Below are positions 35,564-47,900 of a DNA stretch of 62,286 nucleotides, in pieces. A program made the position numbers and the translations under genes. Position 1 is the first letter of the stretch. Each line of letters starts with the position of its first letter. The notes under the pieces were generated by a model. That model did not search any database, was not told the DNA's origin, and saw only the letters and a list, made by a program, of their open reading frames with translations. The DNA is from Halocafeteria seosinensis (Eukaryota): NCBI GenBank assembly GCA_001687465.1, contig LVLI01000002.1, positions 1-62,286 of the forward strand, given 5' to 3'.

Positions 35564-38273
35564 ATGGACGATTACGCTTCTCCTGACGGAGCACCATGCC
35601 CACCACAACGTACAGAGCTATATTATGACACGAGCACAGCTCCTGAATACTACGTGATGCAGCGTTATCACCAGCAAACCTATCCGTACAGCGGAGACGC
35701 AGCAGCTCATCAGGAGGGATCGATGCAGTACGATGAGTCCCACCATTTGGCAGCACTGCCTCCAGATGATGGACCATCCTTCCATCAAGAGGGAGAGGAT
35801 GAGGAAGAAGATATCGGGTCTGAGGAATCCGGAGAGGAAGAAGATGACCCCTTTTCACCACCGAAACGGAGCCAGCCTTTGCATATCTCCTTTGAAGAAA
35901 GATCCTTGGATTCTCAACCTGAAGAAGAGATGGACGACGTTCCCAGTTACGGAAAAGAGAAGGAGAAGGGATCATTGGATTCTCAATCTGGAGATGAGAT
36001 GGACGACGTTCTCAGTTACGAAAAAGAGAAGGAGGAGGAACAAGAAGTAAATGGAGAAGAAACAAGGGATGAGTTTAGTGGTGAAGCGACATTGACTACC
36101 CCCGACATGGAAATGGACCATGGAGTGTTGGATGAGGCAATGTCAGATACACACATTTCAAGTGGTAATCAGTTTGCTCCTTTAGCAGGATTAGAATCTC
36201 ATACAAGACATGTATTCCCAGTGACGACTCACGAACGCAGTCCGCCGCCAGAAGAAGCAGCACCGCCCCACACCCAGCCACCGCTACACCCTCACGACCT
36301 CAAAAGACTCGGGGAAGAAAACGTCAAAATCTTTAAAAAAGTTGACTCAGTGGTGAGAGCAATGTGGAGTAAAGTTATTGAACAAGGGACCACAATACTG
36401 AAACCTACTGTTGTTTTCCTTCGAGGAATACCTGGAATCGGCAAATCTAGCGCTGTTCGCGCGCTAGGAGACATGTGTGTAGACGTTACGTTTCCAAACG
36501 AAATAGCGCCATCAGAGAGGAGAGAACTTGTCGAAAATCTGATAAAGTGTGGGCGAACGGATCGCTTGGTCACGATGGACTTATCACATGAGTGGACATG
36601 GTTAGCGGTCTGTAGCGCCGACCATCATTTCGAGACACCAGAAGGGTACAAAATGGACGCACATGAGCTGGTAAGTTGCTTTGTTATGAATGGGCCTTGA
36701 TGTGCCATTCATCCTGCATATGGCTTGCCAATTACTCCAGGGGAACGCGCATGAGTCAGCGCAGCTGGCGTTCCGCAAAGCATTGGCGGCTAATATACCC
36801 TTGATCATTGTTGACAACACGAACACGCAGCAGTTCGAAATCAACAACTATATGGATGCATTGGGAAATGCTGAAGCAAATCCTATTGTTGTTGAACAGG
36901 GCATACCGACGTATGTACCGGAAATCCAACCGATTAACGTTGTTACCCTTGAATTTGTATGCCCGAACGAAATCACTGCGGTATACTGCTACGCTCGATG
37001 TGCTCATGGCGTTCCTTTGGAAAAGTGCTTGAAAATGTGGCAACGTTGGGAAACCCCCGCACCGAATACGGTGTATATCAGACCGGGGGGAGTGGCCAAG
37101 GCACTATGGAGTGCTCCTGCTGGCACTGATCCTCTGTACTTCACGAAGCTTCTCGCGTCCGAGGCGTTGAAAACGACTAGCACCGTCGATCGTAACAAAG
37201 CACAGAGGCTCATGCTAGACTTACAGGAAGACATCATGCGGGCCGAAAACCTGTTGCCGATTGAAAAGGTTCTTTATGCAGGGATAATGCTGAGCGAACG
37301 TAGTTCATCTCTCTTGCAACAGATGGCCAGCCCTCAGTTTGAAGAAGTCTGCTGCGATCACGTTACTATAAGCTTTCGCCCTAAAAAACCCCTTCTCGGG
37401 GAACTTCCCGTTGGTAAAAAGGTAACGCTTGAATGCAACTGCGAGGTATCTGGCCGCGAGGTGCAAGCAGTTCCTGTGACACCCCTCGAACACTCTCCAC
37501 TGAGATCTCAAGGGGTTTTGCAACAATCCGCTAACGGAATTTCAGCTAACTTAGTCCCTCACGTGACGATTTCGAAGAAAATGGACGTCAAGGCGAAAGG
37601 CAGTAACGAGCTACTGGAACGTTGGCACAAGGAAGCCAAGAAGAGAGGTGAATCGGAGTTGAGGGAAGACTGGCGGTGCCGACAATTTGCTCGTAGTTTC
37701 CAAATAGAGGGGACAGTAGGTGTCACTGTGGGCAAGGACCACCCTTACGGCGGGCACAGCGAGCGACGGATCATAACAGATGAGCATGAATACCGGAAGT
37801 TTTGCTCCACTCATCAGATTCGTGTTAAAGGAGCAAAACAAAGTGTAGCCCGTAATGGCTCCAGAGGTACACCATCGAAACAGGTAAAGAAGAAGTCAAA
37901 GAAGAAAACGAGTAAAACAGCAAACAGCGGCTCTGTAGTGGGTGCAAGCGGCTCAGGAGCAAGACGTACCAACCCTTCGCGGAATGTCACGCACGCTCCA
38001 CGAGGCGACACACGAACAGGGAAGCGCAACGGAGAAGTTAGCCGACGAAGCAGGCACTCCAATGGAGGAAACCGTCGGCGGCCAACGGATAGCGGCTCAT
38101 CCCCACAGTCATCATCTTCTTCTGATAGCCACAGCACGACTTCCTCTTTTTCTTCAAGCTCCTCTGGATCAGATAGCCCCTCTTGGAGACACCGCAGTGG
38201 AAAGCGTTCGAAAAGATCCTCGTTTACCCAAAGAAAGCGGACAAGGGATCGAGATAAACGTTCCAAGCGTTGA
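35564..38273 (+). CDS. P-loop polynucleotide-kinase-like (AAA_33/N4BP2-type) + 2H phosphodiesterase protein with acidic N-terminus and basic R/S-rich tail
   Basis: FLRGIPGIGKS, VCSADHHF, IIVDNTN, RCAHGVP; two HxT motifs DHVTI and PHVTI; intron 36671-36740. A 69-bp coding duplication lies at about 35900-36035. Confidence 0.85.
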
Positions 38274-39132
38274 AGCGTCCGCGTTGAACTACCGCCGTGG
38301 TAGTACCCACGGGCAAATAGCTGACTTAAGGGCTTAGCGTGTAATTGGACAATCTCAGGATATAAGGGGGGACCCTAGTCTCAAAGTTCTCCCGTTCTTC
38401 GAAACGTCCATTGCCTGTTCGCACTGAGACAATTTGGTCGGTCGGGGCTTGGGGATTTTCTTTGACGCTTCGTCGTGGTCACCATGGGCCAAATATTTAT
38501 TCCCCGGTGGATTCTCCCTAATTCGGTACGCAAAGACACCCCGAAGAATTCATAGAGTACCTTTCCCGAAACTACAAGCGCAATCCATTTGCTTTGTATG
38601 GTGCCAATGGAAAAAGTGTCTGCAAATGTTGTCACTTTCCTTCGTGATGCAATGACGGGTGGTTGTCAGAATTCGGGGAAGACGAAATCCAGTTCCTGAA
38701 GGTTTCTCGTCGGGGAGCCACAGTGGCGAGGAGGAGCTTTTAAAGGATGATGACGGTCAAGCTTCTTTGACGTTGATGGATGCTGGATCGATTTCCGGAA
38801 GGTTCACATCTCCCGGTTTACAAACAGTGTAGCATGCAGCTGTTCAAGGAAGCCAGAAACTGTCTTACACTTGGTACGTTATGAATTGCTTCCAAATGAA
38901 CTGTGCTTCAATGAAGTACATACAGCTCTATGAGTAGCATGAAACACGTGCTTGTTATATCCTTCTGTACATCATCATAGCACGATCCTCCGCTGACTGC
39001 CCTGTTTTCTTCTTCAACTACGGCACAACTTCCAGAATCCCCGGTTTCTGATGTATTGTGCATAGGTAGACATTCTTGATACAATAGAATATATTGTATT
39101 CTTATACTTCCTTTCTGTGAGGACGAAATATC

Positions 39133-40673
39133 ATGCTGTCGCGTCAATTAAGAAGGTGTATACGCTCGCTGCCGTCAGCGTCCACAGTGTATCGACCCCG
39201 AGCTGGTCTTTGTAGAGCTCCCATAGCCACATCAGCATGCACTCGGTCCAATTCCATTATCGAAGGGGTCCAACATGACCCTGATCGTAAGCATATGTCG
39301 GCATTGGTGCCACTGGACTACCGACGAGGCGTCATTCGGGTTAGGTAAGGCAGTTCAGAGCTTCAAGCTCTACGCGTATCACGGTGTTTTCACCCTTTCC
39401 CTCCGTTTTTGGAATGAATGCAGTGGAGAGGAAGCGCATTCTTTCATGCAAGGGTTCACGACGAACGACATTCGGCAGCTCCAGGTGGGCAACGACCAAA
39501 TGTACACGGCGTTCTTGAACTACAAAGGACGTGTGCTCTTTGAGGGCCACATCTCTGTGGCGGCCGAAGATCGTGGCGTTCTGTATATTGATTGCGAGAA
39601 GCACTTTGTAAAGCCGGCCATTAAACACCTCGAAAAGTACAGACTCAAGAATGACGTTCGGTTCGATGATGTCTCCGAAGACTATGGAGTCTTCGCCATT
39701 CTCCCGTACGGAACAGTGGGGTTTGGATCATTACCGACTGATACCCTCAAGGCAGCTCGATCTGTTATCGGCAACGGGTCAGCTTACCATGATAAACGAT
39801 CCATGTGCCTAGGCGCACGTCTCATCGCTCCTAAAGACGTGGAGGACAAACTACTGAATGAGGCGAATGTGGAGAAAGTGGATCGCCGTGTGTACGAATT
39901 GAGCCGGTGGCTCATGGGGTGCCCCGAAGGGTACGTAAGAACTGTCCCTCCAATGCCATTTATTGTGAATTGAGTGCTCTGTTTTGTTTCCCCTGTGTAT
40001 GGTGGCAGGGGTGAAGTGACCGGTAGCATCGCTTTGGAGTGGAGTCTGCCGCAGCTCATGGGGATCAGCTTCCACAAGGGTTGTTATGTGGGCCAAGAGC
40101 TAATGGCTCGTACAAATTTCCAGGTAAGTGTTTTCAGTGTTCAAATGCTATTCAGGGTAGATGCACCAGATATAATGTTTATTGAGCACACAGGGACAAA
40201 TTCGCAAGCGTGTTTTGCCCGTTCTTCTAACGGATCAGGAAAAGCCACATGCGTACGCATGGCACAGTGGTGTCGCTGAGCCCAACATCCCGACAGTTGA
40301 GCGTACAAACTTTGGACTAGGAAGCGATATTGTCCATTTCCCGTCGTTCGAGGAAGTAAGACTACCGTCGTTGGAATCCTTACCTGCTTCTCAGAGTGAC
40401 ACGTCCGTCGTAACAAGCACCGGCAAGAAAGCTGGAAAATTACTTGCTACAATCGGCGATTCGAATCTCGCGTTCGCAAACTTAAGGCTCCGACATATCA
40501 AGGGTACCCTAAGCGTACACTCTGTTAGCGAGAGTCCTCTGGGCGGCACTATGGATGATCCACTAGATCTATTGTTGGGGGAGTCTGAAGGGACATCTGT
40601 CCGACCTGTGATTCCTCCCTTCTGGGGAGAGATCGCTGCAGCAGTGGTAGAACAGTCTCAGCACCAGGAGTAG
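39133..40673 (+). CDS. IBA57: Mitochondrial Fe-S assembly factor IBA57/CAF17/YgfZ
   Basis: FMQGFTTNDI, AFLNYKGRVLF, KYRLKNDV, signature KGCYVGQE; presequence-like start. Confidence 0.93.
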
Positions 40674-40996
40674 TCGCTTTAGAAGCGTGGTGTAAATTAC
40701 TTTTTTTGTTCCAAGGATAACTAAATGCCATCGCTTCACATTACGCTCTGAGCAAATGCGGCTGTTGTGTAGCTACTTTAACAGTGCGTCTGCGTCGGGT
40801 TACTATGCCTCAAAGCCGTGTGGTAAGGAGGCACCAGCGTAGAGTCCAATACAGCCGCTCAGTGCCAGATTTAGGCAAAATGGTAGTGTTTCACATGGGT
40901 CGTCGATAGTGGCATGGATGGTGCCCGCATGTTTGGTTTCTTTGGAAAGCAAGTTGCTACTCCTTGTTGCTCTAAGGATAGCGTCGTTCTTGAATT

Positions 40997-41677
40997 TCAA
41001 TCTTTCCAGTTTATATTGAAGCGGGTTACCCTCGGCTTATCGGCCAGAAGGTTGCGTTGAATTTGTGCAGGATCTATATTTTCAGGCGCTGGTGGTTCTC
41101 CGTCTGCGTGATACGTTTTATGTGAGAAAATTCGTAAAATGGGATTACAAGCGTCTTCCCTGGTGTTGCTCACTTACCTTCATTTAACTCTCCAGTGTAC
41201 TCATTATTGACGTAGTATCCCACCCGGATGAATTCTTGCCCTTTGTAAGAACATGTCACGAGGACCACTGTCACCCCTAATAAATCTGAGGCGGGGATTT
41301 TACTGGGGTCTGGCGGTTGGGTCTGTACAACACCGTTCCAGGTTTTCATACACGCCCCGCAACACATTCTGGTACATCACTTACTTGCAGTACAAACTTA
41401 TTCGTCCCTACAGGAACGGGTCCAACGAAAACATTCTCCAATTCCTGATCATGTTGGTCGTTCTCGGCGGATCCAACGTATACCACTCTCCATTCCAAAT
41501 CGTCTTTGAGTTCACTAAGGCATTCAAATGTAACCTGGGGAAGACCACTCAAGCAATAAGCTCCAGACTAGACCAACAGCACCCAGGTAGGCGAGCACTT
41601 ACTTGAAACATTAGAGGATTGGTAAAGGAGGAAGGATTATCCAATACCTCTATATTACAGACATTGACCAACGCCAT
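40997..41677 (-). CDS. ASF1: Histone H3/H4 chaperone ASF1
   Basis: [57 protein letters not shown]. Confidence 0.96.
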
Positions 41678-42048
41678 CCTTGTGGGACTTCAAATTTTTT
41701 CTGTCCAGCTTCAACAATCCCCAATCCCAAGTTAGAACAAAACAACCACGATGGCAAGACTGTATCGAAACGAGAGTGAGAATAGACAACTATCACATGG
41801 AAATGTCGATACTACTCCGGCGCTATATTATCTCCCGTCCAAGGGTAGTTTCGTGCTTGTTTGAAATCGATGGCCCGCCGGGCCGGGCGTTCCGCCCGGA
41901 AAGATGCATGTCCCGGCGACGTTGAAGTTGGCGGGGAGGAATTGAACAATTGGCTGCATTATGCATATACAGGGAGTTGGTTGTTTCCCCCCTCCCGTTG
42001 CGTTCGCTTGGCGAGTATTGGAATGTGATTGTATTCAAAGGGAAGTAG

Positions 42049-44837
42049 ATGCTGAAACGAGCGTTTGGGAATAAATTAGGAGCTGCTTCCTCCTCTGGAA
42101 CGCACCAGAGGACCAAAACAAAGGAAGCTGCATACGATGCTTCTCCTTCTTCAGAGCCGCTAAAATCATCTCCCAACTCATCTTTGACAACAGGAGGATA
42201 CTCCAATAAAAAGGGTGCGGACCGAAGGAGGAGCATAGAAGGTACAGAGACTGAGCAATCTCAGCCTCACAAACCAAACTCGGGCCATCAGGAGAATTAT
42301 GGAGAGATACAGAAGGACTACCACCCCCAAAGCGATGCTGAACCCTCATTTTCCAAGTCAGTGAACTATGAGGAGTGCGTTATTTGCATTGAAGAGGTGA
42401 GTGTTGTGTGCCCCCTGATTAATTGAAAAGTTGCACCTTTGGCGGTGACAGTCTATGGTTTGCAAATACAGATTGAACGCAGTGAGGCGATCTTTCAGTG
42501 CGCGACGTGTTTTGCTAATTTTCATCTTCCGTGTGTACAATCTTGGTAGGTGTAACATATGTAGTTTTCGGGAAGTACAGGGCTTCTATGATGACCACAT
42601 CTTCTTCATCGCAGGGTCAAGAGTTCGCTAAGACCAGAAAGTTCTCTACTTGCCGATATTTTGGATTTGCCCAATGTTTGGTACTGTCCAAGCTGCAGGG
42701 CGCAATATGACGAAAAAGAATACCCAAAATACTACAAGTGCTACTGCGGGAAGCAAGTCGACCCCCCTGATGATCCCTGGCTTGGTATGGCAATAGCGGT
42801 TGGGGCCATGCTAATACCCTGGCCACTGTGTCCACCCGTGTGCCTGCAGATCCTCATACTTGTGGCGAAAAATGTGATAAGCAACTAAAATGTGGACATC
42901 GTTGCATGCAACTTTGCCATGCAGGACCATGTCCCCCCTGTGTCATTACTGTAGACGCCACTTGTTTTTGTGGCAAGCAACGAACAAGAAAACGTTGTGG
43001 TGCTCATAGATTCAGCTGCTACGAGACATGCAACAAGGAGTTGGAATGTGGGCATCAATGTACGCGAGTGTGCCATCCTGGGGAATGCCCTCCTTGTGAC
43101 CACACCGTGTACGCGCATTGTGCATGCGGGAAACACTCCAAGCACGTCGTCTGCAAAGATAGGTTCTGGAGATGCAATGACCCGTGCACGGGATTCTTGT
43201 CTTGTGGAAACTGTCGTTGTCCCGATACATGTCATAAGGGGCCTTGTGGCCCTTGTCCTCGAAGTGGACGCCGTACGTGTCCCTGCGGCAAGACTGTGTT
43301 TGATAACCTCTCCTGTAACGAAGAGACAGAATGTTGTGGAGATACATGCAATAAGCAATTAGAATGTGGCCATTACTGTCCCCGTAGATGCCATTCCGGT
43401 GAATGCGGTCCTTGCATACAGGAGGTGACGGTAAAATGTCGTTGCGGAAGACAATCAGCGAAACGGAAATGCGGGACAGGACAGTTTCTCTGCAATCAAA
43501 GGTGCAATAAGTTAAGAAACTGTGGGAGACATGCCTGTAAACGTCGCTGTTGCGATGGAGATTGTCCAACTTGTCGAGAGACGTGCGGGAGAACGCTGAA
43601 TTGTGGCAATCACAAGTGTGAATCATTCTGTCATAGCGACGGTTGCCAGCCATGTCCTAAGAGCGTGGAAGTTACGTGCGCGTGTGGGGCCTCTCGCGTT
43701 CGTGTACGGTGCGGAATGCAGCATAAAGTTGAGAGTCCTAAGTGTATACTGCGATGCCGAGCTCCCGCTCAGTGCAACCACGAGCAGCGAGAGCCACACC
43801 CATGCCATTATGGTCCTTGTCCCCCGTGCCGACAAACCTGTGGGGCCACACGTGCGCGTTGTGGTCACATATGTACCAGTGAATGTCATTACCCTTCGCC
43901 GTGCCCACCATGTGACAAATTAGTTCAACGGTGGTGTGTCGGCTTGCATGAAATGAAGTCAATTAAGTGCAGTGAACCTTCGTTGTGGGCATGTCAGCGT
44001 ACGTGTAACAATTTCTTGGATTGTGGCAAGCACCTGTGCACTAATCCATGTCACGCTGTTACACTGAGTGATAAGTTGCCTGTGGATGACGAGCCGCTGG
44101 GGTCTGAACGTCGCCGACGCTTGTTGCAAACGTGTGGGAGATGCGAAAGGAAGTGCAATGAGTCGCGAACCTGCCCGCACCCATGTCTTTTTGGCTTTTG
44201 TCATTCCGGAAGCTGTCCCCCATGCAGAGAGGAGATCCGTATACGATGCTTCTGTGGGAAGGCGACCGTCTCCAGGGAGTGTGCTGCGATATACGACGGG
44301 TGCTCCGCGGAAAGGGCATTGGAGCGTATTCACAAACTGAAGTTCTGCGGAGACAGGTGTCATCATCCTTTACCGTGCTGTCCGCATTTGTGCCCATTAC
44401 CTTGTCATGAAGGCGAATGCCCTCCTTGTAGGAAAATGACTACTGTGCGATGCAAATGCGGGCAGCATTCACACTCTATGGATTGCTCTGAGGTTCAAAA
44501 GCACCGACGAGCAATGGGGAAACAGAGCGATCCGCATTTTGTGTCCATTCTAGATTGCAATGATGTTCACATTCCACAATCCGAACAACATTCAGATACA
44601 GCAACTCCAAACGGTGCCAATGAGGAGAAAATGAACAGGTTGCATAAGCGGAAAACTAAACCAAATAAGAGAGAAGAAATGGAAGCAGCGAGACAGAAGC
44701 TTCAAGAACGTGAAAAGAAGCAGGCTGAAAAAGCTAGGAGAACCCGTTTGTTGTGGAAAATTGCTATCTCTCTTGTCTGTCTACTAATAATAGTCGTCGT
44801 CTACGGGCCGATTTTGAGAGCCTTAATTGGGGTTTAA
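42049..44837 (+). CDS. NFXL1: NF-X1-type zinc-finger protein with RING/PHD and C-terminal TM (NFXL1-like)
   Basis: ECVIC...FHLPCVQ..WYCPSCR, many CGHxCxxxCHxGxCxPC repeats, coiled coil then hydrophobic tail. Confidence 0.9.
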
Positions 44838-44997
44838 ACGGTCAGCAAGTGGTAAACCTAGGTGAAGCGGCACACAAAGAACAAGCTAGTGAATTACCCG
44901 TATGCTCGGATTTAGTGCATCGAAGGCGAAACTAAAATAGAGCTTTGTGACATTATAAAGGGCGATTGCTACCAATCATAAAATATAAGTGGCAAAT

Positions 44998-47900
44998 TCA
45001 TAAATTAACTAGGGCGGCCCCGCACCCCCAACAGATGCCAGCTACCAAGAAGAGAATTGCAATAAGCGCTGTAATCTCCATGATGGCGATGACTGTGACA
45101 ATGTCACAAATAGTCTCTTGGCTTGTCGGGAATGGACCGATCATCACTGTTTTCTGGTCGCCGGCAGTGGACTTTCCATTGTTGGTTTCATTGACTGGGT
45201 CACTCGTGCCGAAGCAATAATCGAGGATGTCAGGGGCAAACAGCTGTCGGGTCACATTTGCTATAAGCGTTCCTGACTCCCTGATGGTCGATATCGTTGA
45301 CCTTCCTCCAATCTGTTCCCATCCCCATTTAAGCCAAAGCCTTACCCTGTGGAGCATGAAAGGCATAGCAGCGGCAGGACCGGTCTCTTCCGCTTGTTGA
45401 AGAAATTCCATTGCTATCGTATAGTTTCGATAAATAGAGCTCTGGGGTGGCGGTGAACTGTACAAATACGAAAGAAAATAGCCTGCTTCAGAGCTACCTT
45501 TAGCTAGGGCCTCTTGCAGCAGTAGTAGTCCATGCTCGGAATTTAGAATACAGCTCCCATGAGATCCGCTGACTGGAAGTGCGACAGATTCTGTGCTTCC
45601 CGACTGCTGTCCTCTTGTCCACGTAATGGTTTCAATAATATACCCCGCAGATGACATGTTCTTGTACACCTCGAATGCAGTGTCATGGTGTGGGTTACTC
45701 TCGTTATCAGAAATATTCTTTTCCATACCCTCAAAGCAGCACTTCCCGAGCCTGAGGAGGCCATGAGGATTATCTTGATCTGCGGCAATATCGTACATTT
45801 CCAGGGAAAGACGAGTTTTCCAACTTTCCCATTGAGACTCGAGGCTAACAGGGCTCATTGTCTGCTCGGAGCCAAGTCTGTCATCCCTTTTGCGGACATC
45901 GTTTGCCAATGGCTCATTATAAACGAAGTAGTAATGATACTCAGGATCCATTGCACGAAGAGTTAACACTCTGGTATCGAAGGAGTTCATATGATTTACT
46001 TCGAGTGACAGACGGCTAGACAGTGCATCGAAATCCCGAGGATTGGTTGCCTCCAAGTAACTCAGCACTCCGCCACGCTGCCACCGCTCGAAGACGCGTG
46101 CCTGTATCTCTTCGTTCTGAAATCCAATTGAGCGCATGTACTTTTCTATTAGAGGCATCTCAGGTAACTCTTCTATAGCACGAGAGGCGGCTGGTAAATT
46201 CAGAAAAGGAACTGCGTAGAGATTGTAACCAACTCCTTTCTCCAACAGCAGTCCTGTATTACCCTGGGCTTCACCGTTTCCCATCTGTGCCAGGACTGCC
46301 GTGTGCCGGATCGCTAGGTCCCATAGATGCTCATCATGTTGATGTTCCATCGCTTGCTCAAACGATAAAAAGCTCTCCGCATTTGTATCCAGTAGGTAGT
46401 CGAGAGCTTGGCCTATGCGGAAGGAAACCGAATCAACGATAGACTGTATTTGTCGAGCTACATGTAGAAGATGAGGTTTTAGGTGACCCTCTGGTACGAT
46501 ATCTAGCATTTTCCAAATAAGGGAATGGATCCAGGAGGCTAGCTCGCCACGATGTTTTGGCGACCCTTCGGCACAATCCCATGGAGTGCCCGCTTTGCCA
46601 AATGCGAAAAGCATGCACACGCTATCATCGACAATACTCTTTTCATTTGGGGACTGTATGCGCGGGTACGAAGCGTTACTTCCTTCCAGAAAAATGTTGA
46701 CTGATTTTGTACGCTCAAATAAGTGTTCCAGGCGCCAATAGCCTCTATCAGAGACATACTTGAACATCGCAGTTGCCCTGATACAACTTTGCTGGGCATC
46801 TAGGTCTTCATATCCCCATCTATAATACTGCATTAGGCCAATGTTGTAGAAGGCATCCAAAACGGCTTCGGCATGTACCACAGTTGACTCTAGGAGCTGG
46901 CGAGCCTTGGCAAAGTCTTGTTCTATTTCACCATCATCTGCATCACGTTACAGATTGGAGGAAAATTACACAATATTGAGAGCCGTCGAGATGATGTTCG
47001 AAAATACCTTCTTGCATATACAGCACTGCCAAGTTCGAACGTGCTGCCAATACACCCTGGAAAACATCATTTGTTTTAAGCACAAACGATTTTAAAGGCC
47101 TTTCCACAACCACGTCTTACCACTTCCGACGCCCGCTCGAAGTAATACTTGGCCAATGTCTTATTAGCGGGAATATCACCTGTGGCCAAGCTAACATCTT
47201 GCGGTAAGGCGCATTTTTCAGAATCCGAGATGTCTTCCTTACCTTCGCCTCGGAGATAGATGTACCCGAGACCGTTTAGTGCAGCACCGTCGCCATGTTC
47301 TGCCGCAATATGATAATGATGGAGAGCACCGCTAACATTGTAAGCTGCAGATTTCGTATCCTCGGCACCATCTTCCCCCTCTGCGGGACCATCTTGGCCC
47401 CCAAGACCATTGATATACATCATAGCCAAATTAGCATGGCCTTGAGGAACGCCCCCAGCAGCGGCTTGCCCGAAATAGTGACGAGCTTGAGGTAAATTCC
47501 TCTCGACGCCCGCTTCGGGATCACCATGGAAATATATCTCACCTAGTGCCTCTGCAGCACCGGGATCATGGTCATTGGCCAACATCCTGCTAACAGAAGA
47601 ACGAGGTCAGTAGAGTTGCGTCACTCTTCTTTCAATACACAACACGTACTCGTAGAAAGACACTGCGTTTTTACCCTCCGTATGCGTAGCAGGGGTATCT
47701 GGTATGCTGTGGAAATCCGTGCCCCCTCCTGAGTGGAACGAACTTGCCTCGCTATTCTGTAAACGTAACAACGATCAGCGCCGCACATGCAACGTTGTTA
47801 CCAGCGTACGACACTTACCTTAACAGTTTCAATTGCTACCTGCAAATAGCGCTCTGCAGCTTCAACGCAGTTCTGATCCCATCCCCCGTACCCTGATCGA

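Noticed and set aside
42885..44410. Numerous overlapping ORFs within NFXL1 and other core genes
   Set aside because: These are shadow frames of well-supported genes.
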